A DNA stretch of 64,000 bases from NCBI GenBank assembly GCA_040901675.1, contig JBBDYJ010000006.1:93288-157287 (forward strand), given 5' to 3'. A program made the translations under genes and the position numbers. Shown in pieces: positions 20,068 through 29,272 of this stretch; positions within the stretch are counted from its first letter, which is position 1, and every line of letters begins with the position of its first letter. Source of the stretch: Pirellulales bacterium. GTDB lineage: Bacteria > Planctomycetota > Planctomycetia > Pirellulales > JAICIG01. The notes beneath the pieces were generated by a model, which made no database searches, was not told where the DNA came from, and was given only the letters and a program-made list of their open reading frames with translations.

Positions 20068-21546
20068 TCAGGCGATGATCTCACGGATCGGCTGGCCGCG
20101 GTCGATCTCGAGCCGCTTGCGGCCGGGCACCTCGAGACTCAAGGGGTCGAGCCCCATCTGCTCGAGCACCGTGGCGTGGACGTCGGTCACGTAATGAGGG
20201 CTGTCCGATGCGTAGAAGCCCAGCTCGTCGGTCGCTCCGTGCGTCACGCCGCCCTTGATCCCGCCACCGGCCAGCCAGGCGCAAAAACCCTGGGGATGGT
20301 GATCGCGGCCCGTCTCCTGCGCCGCCGGCGTGCGGCCGAACTCGGTGCCCCACACCACCAGCGTGTCGGCCAGCATTCCCCGCCGCTTCAGATCCTTGAG
20401 CAGCCCGGCGATGGGTCGGTCGACCTGCGCGGACAGGCTGGTGTGGTTGTCCTTGATGTTCGAGTGGGCGTCCCAGGCGCCGCCACCGCCGCCGCCGTGA
20501 AAGATTTGCACGAAGCGCACGCCCCGCTCGACAAGCCGCCGGGCCGCCAGGCATAGCTGGCCGAACGGCTGCGTGGCCGGTTGATCGAGCCCATACAGCC
20601 GCTGGCTCTCGGCCGTCTCAGTGGCCAGGTCGAGTGTCTCGGGCACGGCGGCCTGCATGCCGAACGCCAACTCGTACGACTTGATGCGGGCCCGCAAGTC
20701 GGCGTCGTCGGGATAATCGATGCCGGCCAGGGTATTCAGCTTGCCCAGCAGGCTGAACTCGGCCGCCTGCTCTTCGGGCAACATGGTTCCGCCCGCGGGC
20801 GTGACAAAGGGGAGCGGATTGTCGCCGCCCACGTTCAACCGCACGCCGGCGTGCTCGGGCCCCAGGTACCCTGCGCCGTGGGTCCACTCGCCGCCGCAGC
20901 AATCGCCGGTCGGCACGCCCAGCACTACATACTCGGGCAGGTTCTGGTTCATTGTGCCCAGGCCGTAACTCACCCAGGAGCCGATCGTGGGAAACGAGCC
21001 CTCGCGTGGGTGCCGGCCGGTGTGCCAGGTCAACTGCGTGCCGTGGTCGTTGTGGATCGTCCAGAGCGAGCGGACCACCGCCAGGTCGTCGGCGCAGGTG
21101 CCCACTTCGCTGAACCAGTCGCCCACTTCGAGGCCGCACTCGCCGTATTTGCGGTAAGGCGTCTGCAGCGGCATCAGCAGCTTGCGCTGGTAGTGCCCCG
21201 GGTTGACACCGACCAGGTTTTTGTTGATTTGTTCCGGATCGAGGAAGTGCTTGTAGGGAGTATCGTCGATCGACTTGCCGGCGTGGACGTTCAGTTCCGG
21301 CTTGGGGTCGAACGTCTCCAGATGGCTGACGCCGCCGCAGAGAAAGATCCAGATGACGCTCTTGGCTTTCGGCGGCAGATGCGGTCCCGACTCCGGACCG
21401 GTTCCGAGGTGCCCGGCCCGCGCCACGCCGTCCTTAAACAGCATCGCCCCCAGCGCCAGGCCCGTGAAGCCCATGCCCGTGTCGACCAGAAACGACCGCC
21501 GGGTCACACCGGCACAACCACCGGGACGTCGAGGACCATCGTTCAT
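20068..21546 (-). CDS. DUF1501 domain protein (Tat-exported, sulfatase-like fold)
   Basis: TRRSFL Tat signal, AKSVIWIFLCGGVSHLETFDPKP, ARRLVERGVRFVQ, WDAH, EFGRTP and GRDHHP. Confidence 0.95.
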   Translation of the reverse strand: MNDGPRRPGGCAGVTRRSFLVDTGMGFTGLALGAMLFKDGVARAGHLGTGPESGPHLPPKAKSVIWIFLCGGVSHLETFDPKPELNVHAGKSIDDTPYKHFLDPEQINKNLVGVNPGHYQRKLLMPLQTPYRKYGECGLEVGDWFSEVGTCADDLAVVRSLWTIHNDHGTQLTWHTGRHPREGSFPTIGSWVSYGLGTMNQNLPEYVVLGVPTGDCCGGEWTHGAGYLGPEHAGVRLNVGGDNPLPFVTPAGGTMLPEEQAAEFSLLGKLNTLAGIDYPDDADLRARIKSYELAFGMQAAVPETLDLATETAESQRLYGLDQPATQPFGQLCLAARRLVERGVRFVQIFHGGGGGGAWDAHSNIKDNHTSLSAQVDRPIAGLLKDLKRRGMLADTLVVWGTEFGRTPAAQETGRDHHPQGFCAWLAGGGIKGGVTHGATDELGFYASDSPHYVTDVHATVLEQMGLDPLSLEVPGRKRLEIDRGQPIREIIA

Positions 21547-21604
21547 CAGAATCGCTCCCGAGCTCTATCGCGTATCAACGTCACTCGCCTGCCCACGCCG
21601 CTTC

Positions 21605-22375
21605 TCATCTTACCGCCCGGGGGCCGGAGGCGGAAGCACCGCGGCGCCGGGGCGGCCCTCCAGGCGGGCCTCGCAGGTTGATGGTCCACGAGGCCAGCAT
21701 GTAGTAGACCGGGAACACCAGGGAGATCCACACCAGCCGCTCGGTCGGCTCGTCCAGAAGGCCGGACGTCGAGCTCACCAGGCGGTAAAGAATCCACACA
21801 ACCAGCAAGGCCCAGGCGGCGGCCGCCAGCGCGGTGAGCCGATTCAAGCGCCCCGGCTGGCTGAGATACAGATAGCGCAGCGGAATAAACGTCAACAGAG
21901 CCAGCGACACCAGCACGACCAGCGCGATCCAGGCCGCGGGCCGGCAGAGGTGCAAATAAAAGGCGACCACGTTCCAGTACGACGGGAAGCCCAGAAAGAA
22001 CCCGTCGTCGGTCTTTGCAGAAGTCTGGCAGAAGCCGTAGGCGCTGGCCAGCAACGGCACCAGCAGCCAACCCGACAGATGGGCCGGCAGCACGCCGGCC
22101 CGCCAAACGAGCAAGAGCGGCAAGGCCGTGTAGTTGAGGAAATCGACGATGTCGTCCAGGCGGCTGCCATCGAAGCCGGGCAGCAGTTGCTTGACCCGTG
22201 CCCGGCGGGCCAGCATGCCGTCGGTGCCGTCGATCAGCGTGGCCAACACCATCCAGACGAAGGCCCAGGCGAAATCGGCGGACCCACCCCGGACAATCAG
22301 TACCGCAATAGCCGCCGCGGCCACCAGCCCCAGGGCGGTATAGAGGTGGACGCACCAGGCGAGCAGGCGAGCCAT
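21605..22375 (-). CDS. pcs: CDP-alcohol phosphatidyltransferase, phosphatidylcholine synthase-like
   Basis: AWCVHLYTALG, DGTDGMLAR...FDGSRLDDIVDFLNY and FFLGFPSYWNVVAFY. Confidence 0.8.
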   Translation of the reverse strand: MARLLAWCVHLYTALGLVAAAAIAVLIVRGGSADFAWAFVWMVLATLIDGTDGMLARRARVKQLLPGFDGSRLDDIVDFLNYTALPLLLVWRAGVLPAHLSGWLLVPLLASAYGFCQTSAKTDDGFFLGFPSYWNVVAFYLHLCRPAAWIALVVLVSLALLTFIPLRYLYLSQPGRLNRLTALAAAAWALLVVWILYRLVSSTSGLLDEPTERLVWISLVFPVYYMLASWTINLRGPPGGPPRRRGASASGPRAVR

Positions 22376-22395
22376 CTAAGTTTTCAGTGTGTCTC

Positions 22396-22555
22396 GTAGC
22401 CGAAGAGCGCCAGAATCCGGGCCGCCGTCCGCTCCACCAGAACTCTGGCGAGTCCTGCTACGTCGAAGTTTACCTCCAGCAGAAGCTGGGGCACGCTAGC
22501 GCTTTGCCCCAGGCACCCCACCCTCTGCGCCAGAACGCTGGCGAGTCCTGCTACG
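22396..22555. repeat. REP cluster: two ccagaac(t/g)ctggcgagtcctgctacg units, one inverted degenerate unit and a ctggggcac...gccccaggcaccc hairpin
   Basis: Direct repeats near 22437 and 22530 (GTAG on the minus strand). The second hairpin family recurs at 50643 and 50702. Confidence 0.8.
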
Positions 22556-22569
22556 AGGCCAGCAACTAG

Positions 22570-25497
22570 CTAACGGATGGTGACGAAATCGTTGTGGTTC
22601 AACAGCACGTGGACCAGGTTCTCGCGGGCCCGCAGCGCCGGGTCGCTGGATGGCTTTTGCTCGTCGGGCTTGTCACCGGCGGTCACCAGCCGCTCACCGG
22701 CCGAGGCCAGCAGCCGCGCCTGCTCGTCGAGGAACGCGAGGCAGGTCTGATGCTCCTCGGCCGTGGGCGCTCGCGAGAGCACTTGCTCGAAAGCGGCCGT
22801 GATGAAAGCGGGTGCATCCTGGCACTCGCCGTGCAGGCGGCGGGCCAGCAGGCGCGCCTGCACCAGGGTCAGCTCGCTGTTGGCCAGGGCCAGGGCCTGC
22901 TGGGGGATGATGCTCTCCTTGCGCTCGTAGCACTCCGTGACCGCGGCGCAATCGAACATCTTCAGGAACTCCATCTGCTTCTCTTGGGCATGGCGGAAGT
23001 AGATGCTCCGCCGCTTCACCGACAAGCCCAGCTTGTAATCGATGTCCGCGCCGCCCATGGCCAGGTCGAGCTGGCCGGTCACGTAGAGCACGGCGTCGCG
23101 AACCACCTCGGCCTCCATGCGGCGCGACGGCATTCGCCATAGCCAGCGGTTGTCGGGATCGATTGCCAGGCTCTCCGGCCGCGGCGTCGATGCCATGCGA
23201 TAGGTGGCCGACGTGACGATCAACCGGTGCAGGTATTTCATCGACCAGGGATGCGCTGCCGGATCGGAGGGCTCCATGAACTCGGCCGCCAGCCAATCGA
23301 GCAAGGCCGGATGCGAGGGCCCCTGCCCGTTCTGGCCGAAGTCGAACACGCTGGGCACCAGCGGCCGGCCGAAATGTCGCAGCCAGATGTGATTCACGGC
23401 CACGCGGGCGGTCAACGGATTGCGGCGATCGACGATCCAGCGGGCCAAGGCGCTTCGGCGGCCCGTGCTGGCCGCGGGATGCACGGGTCCGAGCGGCGAG
23501 TACGACTCCGTGGTCTCGGCCCGGGCCGTGTCGGCCGCGTCGCGTTTCTGACGCGCCTCGGCCAGCGCTTTTTCCGCCGCCTCGACGGCCTTCGCCGTCG
23601 GCTCGTCATCCGGCTTGACGGCCGACTTCGCCTGCGCGAGCGTTTGCTCGGCCTCCAGCACGTCGGCCTCGGCCTTGATCAATGCGGCCTCGCGCTCCGC
23701 CTTGGCGGCAGCGCGGGCCAGTTCGGCCGCATTCTCCGCGGGCGGGCTGGCATACTTGGCGTCGTCGGCGGCGATGCGGGCCTTCAGCCCAGCGAGGTTG
23801 GCCTCGGCGGCGGCCAGGTAATTGCCGGCCAGCGCGGCGGCTAGTTGCTCCGGGCTGGGCTGCTGTTCGGGCGGTTGCTGGTCTGCTTGCTGCTCGGCGG
23901 CCGCTGGTTCTTGTCCGGATTGGGTTCCGGGAGGCATCGCACCCGGATCCGGGGAAGCCGCCTCAGACGGTGTAGCTTGTTCGGCGGGAGCTTCGGCCGG
24001 CACGGCTGGATTCTGGGCAGCGGCCGGATCGTCCGCAGGCTGCACGGCAGCCAGGGCCGCGGCGGCCTTACCGGCGGCCTCACGGGCTTTGGCCACTTCG
24101 TCCTCGGCGGCGGCGAGCATCTGGCCGCGCACCAGCGGCGTTGAACCGGGGTAGTAGGCGGCGGGAGGCAAGGGCACCGGCTCGATTTTGAACTCGATGT
24201 CGCCGAGCAACTCCGGCACGCCGGGGGTTAACGGGTTGTCTTTGTCCGGATCGCGGTCATCGCCGCGGAAGAACAAGTAGGTAGGCGCCGCGGGCTCTGC
24301 ATCGAAGACTCGGGGCAGTCCGTCGAGGGCCGTATCGCTCTGGCCGGGCACCCGGTCCAGCCGCACGTTATGCGGTTCGAACACGGCCCGCAGCCGGTAG
24401 TACTCATCCTGGGTGACCGGATCGTACATGTGATCGTGGCAGCGTGCGCAGCCCATGGTCAAGCCAAGAAAAGCCTGGGCGGTGTGCATCACGGTGTCCT
24501 GCATCCAGGTCTCGCGGCTGAGCATCTTGTAGTTGCGGGCCAGGTAACCGGTGGCCCGCAGCGCATCGGGGTCGGCCGGGTGCAGCTCGTCGGCGGCCAG
24601 CATGTCGGAGACCATCCGGTCGTAGCCGCGGTCGCTGTTGAGCGACTCGACGATCCAATCCCGCCACCGCCAGATGTGCGGCTGGCTGTCGCGGATCTGC
24701 TTGCCGTCGGTCCAGCCGGCCCAATCGCTGTAGCGCCAGACGTCCATCCAGTGCCGGCCCCAGCGCTCGCCATAGTGCGGGCTGGCCAGGAGCCGATCGA
24801 CGGCCTTCTCATACGCATCGGGCGAGGCATCGTTCAGAAAGGCGTGCAGCTCGTCGCGCGTGGGCGGCAGGCCGATCAGGTCGAGATACACGCGCCGCAG
24901 CAGCACGGCCCGCGAGGCTTCGGGCCGCGGCTGGAGCGAGCGCACCAGGTGCTGGGCAGCGATGAAGGCATCGACCGGGTTGGTGATCCATTCGTAGCGG
25001 CCGACGTCGGGAACGACGGGGCGCGACACCGTCTTGAAGGGCTCCCAGCGATACTCGCTGGCGGCCAGTGCAAAACGGCGAGCGGCGTCAGCGGAGGCGG
25101 CCAGCTCATCGGCGGTGGGCGTCTTGGCGGCGTTGCCGGGGGCTCCGCCCGCCAGGATCTCCACCTCATTCGGCACGCCGTCGCCATCGGTGTCTTCGGC
25201 GGCCACCAGCTTGAGGCGCGTGGGAATGTCCCAGTCGCGGTCCTGAGCGTCCAACTCTTCGCCCAGCTCGCGCAACCGGTCGCCGAAGACGTTGTGCGGC
25301 GGATACTCCGCGTCGAACGAAGCCGGGTCGTCGACTTGCTCCTTGGTCAGGTGGCAGGTGGTGCAGGCAAACAGCGCCTGCGGCAGGGAATCGCCGTAGT
25401 GGCGTTTCAGGCTCTGCTTATGCGGGGGCCTGGCCCAGAGCGGGCCGCCCGCCAGCAGCAACAGGACAATTGCGGATCCGAGCAGTCGGTATGGCAT
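22570..25497 (-). CDS. DUF1549/DUF1553 (PSD1) protein with CxxCH heme motifs
   Basis: Signal peptide, CTTCH, LLRRVYLDLIGLPP, YGERWGRHWMDVWRY, GCARCHDH, RVAVNHIWLRHFG, PSHPALLDWLA and PQQALAL. Confidence 0.93.
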   Translation of the reverse strand: MPYRLLGSAIVLLLLAGGPLWARPPHKQSLKRHYGDSLPQALFACTTCHLTKEQVDDPASFDAEYPPHNVFGDRLRELGEELDAQDRDWDIPTRLKLVAAEDTDGDGVPNEVEILAGGAPGNAAKTPTADELAASADAARRFALAASEYRWEPFKTVSRPVVPDVGRYEWITNPVDAFIAAQHLVRSLQPRPEASRAVLLRRVYLDLIGLPPTRDELHAFLNDASPDAYEKAVDRLLASPHYGERWGRHWMDVWRYSDWAGWTDGKQIRDSQPHIWRWRDWIVESLNSDRGYDRMVSDMLAADELHPADPDALRATGYLARNYKMLSRETWMQDTVMHTAQAFLGLTMGCARCHDHMYDPVTQDEYYRLRAVFEPHNVRLDRVPGQSDTALDGLPRVFDAEPAAPTYLFFRGDDRDPDKDNPLTPGVPELLGDIEFKIEPVPLPPAAYYPGSTPLVRGQMLAAAEDEVAKAREAAGKAAAALAAVQPADDPAAAQNPAVPAEAPAEQATPSEAASPDPGAMPPGTQSGQEPAAAEQQADQQPPEQQPSPEQLAAALAGNYLAAAEANLAGLKARIAADDAKYASPPAENAAELARAAAKAEREAALIKAEADVLEAEQTLAQAKSAVKPDDEPTAKAVEAAEKALAEARQKRDAADTARAETTESYSPLGPVHPAASTGRRSALARWIVDRRNPLTARVAVNHIWLRHFGRPLVPSVFDFGQNGQGPSHPALLDWLAAEFMEPSDPAAHPWSMKYLHRLIVTSATYRMASTPRPESLAIDPDNRWLWRMPSRRMEAEVVRDAVLYVTGQLDLAMGGADIDYKLGLSVKRRSIYFRHAQEKQMEFLKMFDCAAVTECYERKESIIPQQALALANSELTLVQARLLARRLHGECQDAPAFITAAFEQVLSRAPTAEEHQTCLAFLDEQARLLASAGERLVTAGDKPDEQKPSSDPALRARENLVHVLLNHNDFVTIR

Positions 25498-25629
25498 GAG
25501 CGGCCCAGCGCGTCGGGGGGTTGCCGCCAGGAGGCAGGTTCGAACACCGTCAGAATACCCGCTAACGCCCGCCGCATCAACCATGGTGGATGGATAGCAC
25601 GGCCAAGCATACCGCGGCCGGGTAGTGTC

Positions 25630-25920
25630 CTAAGAGTGTGTTGCTGGCGGTTCGCAATCATCACCGCCCTGCCACTCAACTAGTCCGCCGATGAAAGTCC
25701 CCAGCACGGCGAAAACCACCATCCAGACTTGAATCTTGCTCGCATCGGCCCCGCCAAGCCACATCAATACTCCGAACAAAAGAGGCATGACGATTCCCCA
25801 GAGAATCGCATGCCGTACAACGCTACCGAGCGTTGCCTTTGGATTTGTCTTCTCAAGAAGGCCCCAAGGGCGCCCGTACCTTAACCAGCGATGGCGACGT
25901 TGGTCATTTTCAGTGTTCAT
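25630..25920 (-). CDS. Small two-TM membrane protein (transposon cargo)
   Basis: ATG overlaps the transposase TGA (ATGA coupling). Two hydrophobic helices, with the stop codon inside the TIR. Confidence 0.65.
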   Translation of the reverse strand: MNTENDQRRHRWLRYGRPWGLLEKTNPKATLGSVVRHAILWGIVMPLLFGVLMWLGGADASKIQVWMVVFAVLGTFIGGLVEWQGGDDCEPPATHS

Positions 25921-26935
25921 GTCTTCAGCACCGCCGCGAAAAGCTCGGCAAACGTCCAGACGGGCCCGGCCAGTCCCGCCATCATAGCAGCCGTGGGCCG
26001 ACGCTTCCCGCTCTTGCCCGGCTTCCGGGTCTGCCAGCAGAAATTGTAATAGGCCGCGAACATGGCGAAAGCCGCTTCCAGGTTGGCCAGTTTCTTGGAG
26101 AAGCACAGCGTCAGCCGGTTGAGCCGCTTCAAGAAAACCCGCTGGGTGCCGTTGAGTCGCTCGACATGGCTGCTGCATATCGTCCGCTGCTGGCTGCCCG
26201 CTATCCCACGCATCCCCCGGCGCCGGGTTCCGACCATTTCCGAACGGGGTGTAGATCATCTTGGCGTTGCGGTACTCTTTTCGGATCGTGCCGTATCGCA
26301 CGTAAGGGCCGAAGGCCAGGTCAACGGCCTCCGGGTAGGCCGCGAAGCAATCGGTGCCTGGACGATAGGCCGGTATCCGCCGGGCTCGAAGGCATGGGCA
26401 TCGCTGGAGTGCGGATCGGGGAACCGGAGTCGCTGGCTCACGTCCAGCATGAATCGCCGGGCGTTGTCCGCCGACCGCTTGCCGATGAGGAACTCGGCAT
26501 CAGCTTGGTTTTCTGGTCGATGCACGTCCACAGGTACACGTCGCCTAGATCGTGGGATTCCTGCCGCTCGTTGATCGTGAGCCGCGACTGCTTTTTCGCC
26601 ACGTAGGTCCACTGTTCGTCAAATTGCAGGTGCTCCAGCGTCAGGTTCCGCATGCGGGCGCCCAGGAAGGCCCGGCAGGCCTTGCCGAACAGCACGATGA
26701 GGCGGCAGATCGTGTCCCGGTGCAAGCCCGTGGTCCGCTCGGTGGCGCGAATGGACATGCCCTCGGTCAAGAGCCGCAGGGCCAGCTTGGCGGTTTCGAC
26801 CGGCACGCGCATATCGCCCAGCGGCCTGGGTTGAGTTTCGGTCCATGTCTTGCCGCACAGCTTGCAGCGGAATCGGGGATTCCCGTGGCGGTCGCGGCCG
26901 TGTTTCTTCGTTTCCGCGTGGGCACAAGCTATCAC
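25917..26935 (-). pseudogene. IS1-family DDE transposase with about three frameshifts
   Basis: Zinc ribbon (C.H...KKHG.DRHG..RFRC..CGKTW) and HTH (EGMSIRATERTTGLHRDTI). DDE pieces FDEQWTYV, TDCFAAYPEAV and SHVERLNGTQR..LKRLNRLT..FSKK lie in different frames, with shifts near 26492, 26357 and 26244. Confidence 0.9.
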
Positions 26936-27059
26936 GACTAGGCTCCCTTTTCGGGGGCCGGTCGCTTAGAATTAGCTTGTTAGAGCAGTCTGGCGACCAG
27001 CCGGATTGTTTCGCCCCCGGCCGTGTTATCAGCACGGCCGGGGTTTCATTACGCTTGTT

Positions 27060-27120
27060 GTTGTACCAACGATATTCAAGCATGACAAGGGGTTGACCGA
27101 AAGATTTTCGTTGGTACACT
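27060..27120. promoter_or_regulatory. Back-to-back sigma70-like promoters with an inverted operator
   Basis: Plus strand: TTGACC-16-(TG)TACACT, 7 nt before ATG 27128. Minus strand: TTGTCA-17-TACAAC toward the transposase. Perfect 11-bp inverted repeat TGTACCAACGA (27062-27072) / TCGTTGGTACA (27108-27118) overlaps both -10 boxes. Confidence 0.7.
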
Positions 27121-27127
27121 GCCGGGC

Positions 27128-27313
27128 ATGAAGAAGCGCGGACGACCACGCCTTGACCCAAGCGGCCCCCCGGCCGGGTTCCTGACGATCAGGGCCTCGG
27201 ACGGCGAGCGGGAGTCGTACCGGCAGGCGGCAAAGCGGGCCGGGCAACCCTTGTCAGAATGGATCAGGGAGCGGCTCAACAAGGCTGCCAAGCGGGAGGC
27301 CAAGCATGGCTAG
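27128..27313 (+). CDS. Small ribbon-helix-helix-type DNA-binding protein
   Basis: KKRGRP AT-hook-like start, then a beta strand (FLTIRAS) and two helices (ERESYRQAAKRAG / LSEWIRERLNKAA). Confidence 0.75.
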   Translation: MKKRGRPRLDPSGPPAGFLTIRASDGERESYRQAAKRAGQPLSEWIRERLNKAAKREAKHG

Positions 27314-27521
27314 CGGAGAGAGGGGGTTACGATCCCATCCGTGCGGCGGACCCCTACGGCAGGCTATAATGCTGCTGCCCCACCAAGACGCGGGCCGCTC
27401 TCCGGGCACGTTTAGGCCCAGTAGCGGCATATGTACATGCGTCCAGATACTAGTAAAATACCGAAGGGGCTACTCCTCAAATTACGACCCAATCTAGACA
27501 GTTCCCGACCACCCGGGGTTC

Positions 27522-28181
27522 ATGGGCATGATACTCGCGAGCGGCAGCTACATCGGGAAGGGCGCGTACAGTATCGCTGATGCGGCGAGGATCGTGCACG
27601 CCCCGTACACGACAGTTCGTGGGTGGCTAAACCCAGAGCACGGCATCATTCCACGAAGGTTCGGTCGCGAGATTGTCAGCTTCGTGGAATTGATGGAGAT
27701 TCACTTCATTAAGATGTTTATGGATGAGGGAGTCCACCCTCGCACAATCCATGCGGCAGCACAAACGGCCGCGAACCTGTTTAAGACGGACTACCCATTT
27801 GCGGTCAAGCGCTTTGACACGGACGGCAGGGACATCTTTGCAACCCTCGCCAGGCAGGATGGTGGCGCGGAAATGATAGAGGACCTGAAAAGAGGTCAGT
27901 TTGTTTTTAAGACCATCATGCGTCCGTTCTTCAAGAAGCTCGACTACAACCGATCTGAAATCGCCCGGTATTGGCCAATGGGCAAGAGGGGCCGAGTCAC
28001 GCTGGACCCGGACCGGCAGTTTGGCCAGCCAATTGACCACGAAAGCGGCATCCCAACCAAGGCTCTTTATCAGGCCACAAGAGCTGGCAAGGGACAGTCG
28101 TTTCAGCAAGTGGCGCTTTGGTTTGACATTCCAGAGGCGGCGGTGCGTGCGGCGGTTGGGTTTGAGAAATCGCTTGCCTAG
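27522..28181 (+). CDS. DUF433-containing antitoxin (VapB45/Rv2018-like)
   Basis: HTH YSIADAARIV...TVRGW, VSFVELME and YPFA, with C-terminal DUF433 VTLDPDRQFGQP...GIPT...VALWFDI..AAVRAAVGFE. Confidence 0.85.
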   Translation: MGMILASGSYIGKGAYSIADAARIVHAPYTTVRGWLNPEHGIIPRRFGREIVSFVELMEIHFIKMFMDEGVHPRTIHAAAQTAANLFKTDYPFAVKRFDTDGRDIFATLARQDGGAEMIEDLKRGQFVFKTIMRPFFKKLDYNRSEIARYWPMGKRGRVTLDPDRQFGQPIDHESGIPTKALYQATRAGKGQSFQQVALWFDIPEAAVRAAVGFEKSLA

Positions 28182-28564
28182 TGCGATATTTTCTCGACAA
28201 CTGCATTTCATTCCGATACGCGGAGATGCTGCGCGCGCTTCAAGTGGATGTAGTCGCGCTCCGCGAGGAGCTTCCACAGAAGGCCACAGACAGAGAGATA
28301 TTTGAGTATCTTGCTGGTAGCGACCGAATACTTGTTTCTGGAGATCGCCGCCAGGTTACTCGAATGTGCGAGGCTGGCGAACTAAAGGCGGCTGGCATAA
28401 GCGCCATTTATTTCGCTCCATTCTGGAGCAAACTCGGCTTCTGGGGGCAGGCCGCGTGGCTTGTCAGGCGATGGGAAAGAATCGACGATGTGCAGCGTGG
28501 CCTCGCGCGTGGCACTATCGTGGAGATAAAGCAAAACGGCAAGTCTTTGCCAATCGCGATTTAA
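28181..28564 (+). CDS. PIN-like toxin (VapC45/Rv2019-like)
   Basis: RYFLDNCIS, ATDREIFEYL and ILVSGDRR acidic PIN residues. 1-nt overlap with the antitoxin. Confidence 0.82.
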   Translation: MRYFLDNCISFRYAEMLRALQVDVVALREELPQKATDREIFEYLAGSDRILVSGDRRQVTRMCEAGELKAAGISAIYFAPFWSKLGFWGQAAWLVRRWERIDDVQRGLARGTIVEIKQNGKSLPIAI

Positions 28565-28667
28565 GGATGCGCCACGCGCCGGATAAAACTGCCGTGCCAA
28601 ACCGCTAGACGGGCCCCTCGGTGGCTGATTCTCTTCCTCGGCCCCGCCCGCCCGTTAAGCTGGACGC

Positions 28668-28916
28668 ATGGCACGACCATTCCAATTCCGGCTGCGGACG
28701 CTGCTGCTGCTGGTGCCGTTGGTGGGTGCAGCGACCCTTTTGGCTCGGCATCTACCGGGACATTTCGTACTCCTGGGCTATGTCGCTATTATCCTGTTCG
28801 CCGCCTGGGCCATGGACGGAATTGCGCCACCTCTCGGATTGCGGATTAGCGTCACGATTGCCCTCTCGCTCGTTGTATTGGCTGCCTGCCTGTTCGCTCT
28901 GTCGCTCTCGCGATGA
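28668..28916 (+). CDS. Small membrane protein with planctomycete QF.LRTLL N-terminal motif
   Basis: MARPFQFRLRTLLLLV followed by three hydrophobic segments. Confidence 0.65.
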   Translation: MARPFQFRLRTLLLLVPLVGAATLLARHLPGHFVLLGYVAIILFAAWAMDGIAPPLGLRISVTIALSLVVLAACLFALSLSR

Positions 28917-28927
28917 AGGGGCGAACC

Positions 28928-29272
28928 ATGCCAGCCGATTACAGACCCAAAAGCTGCCGCATGACGAAATCCGACCAGCCCGACGACCACCAGGCGGAGA
29001 ACCCGTACAGGGCGCCGGAGGAAGGGCAAGGCATCACCCAGCCTCAATGGCGGCAGCTGCCGAGCATGGCCCTATACGTATGCGCCTTACTTCCAGGCTT
29101 ACTCGCCATAATGATGGCGTACCACGGGATCCGGTGGATAGACGTATACCGCCGGGCAGGCGGACTCGGACTGCCCGAAGTAGTCATGGCGATTGCCCTT
29201 CTGTTGGGCGCGCTGATTTGCGCTTCCGTTGCGGCTGTCCTGATCTGGATTGCCCGACGCATCAGCCGCTGA
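28928..29272 (+). CDS. Small membrane protein with ENPY.AP motif
   Basis: ENPYRAP motif, common before TM helices in planctomycete proteins, plus two TM helices. Start is uncertain (28928 or 28961). Confidence 0.65.
   Translation: MPADYRPKSCRMTKSDQPDDHQAENPYRAPEEGQGITQPQWRQLPSMALYVCALLPGLLAIMMAYHGIRWIDVYRRAGGLGLPEVVMAIALLLGALICASVAAVLIWIARRISR

Noticed and set aside
19893..20078. 61-aa ORF between the DUF488 operon and DUF1501
   Set aside because: No recognisable motif or RBS. It may be a remnant but cannot be supported.
26585..26605. Programmed -1 frameshift at AAAAAG in the IS1 transposase
   Set aside because: The original frame continues with conserved residues (DVYLWTCID) past this site. 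The real breaks lie elsewhere and number about three, which indicates decay.
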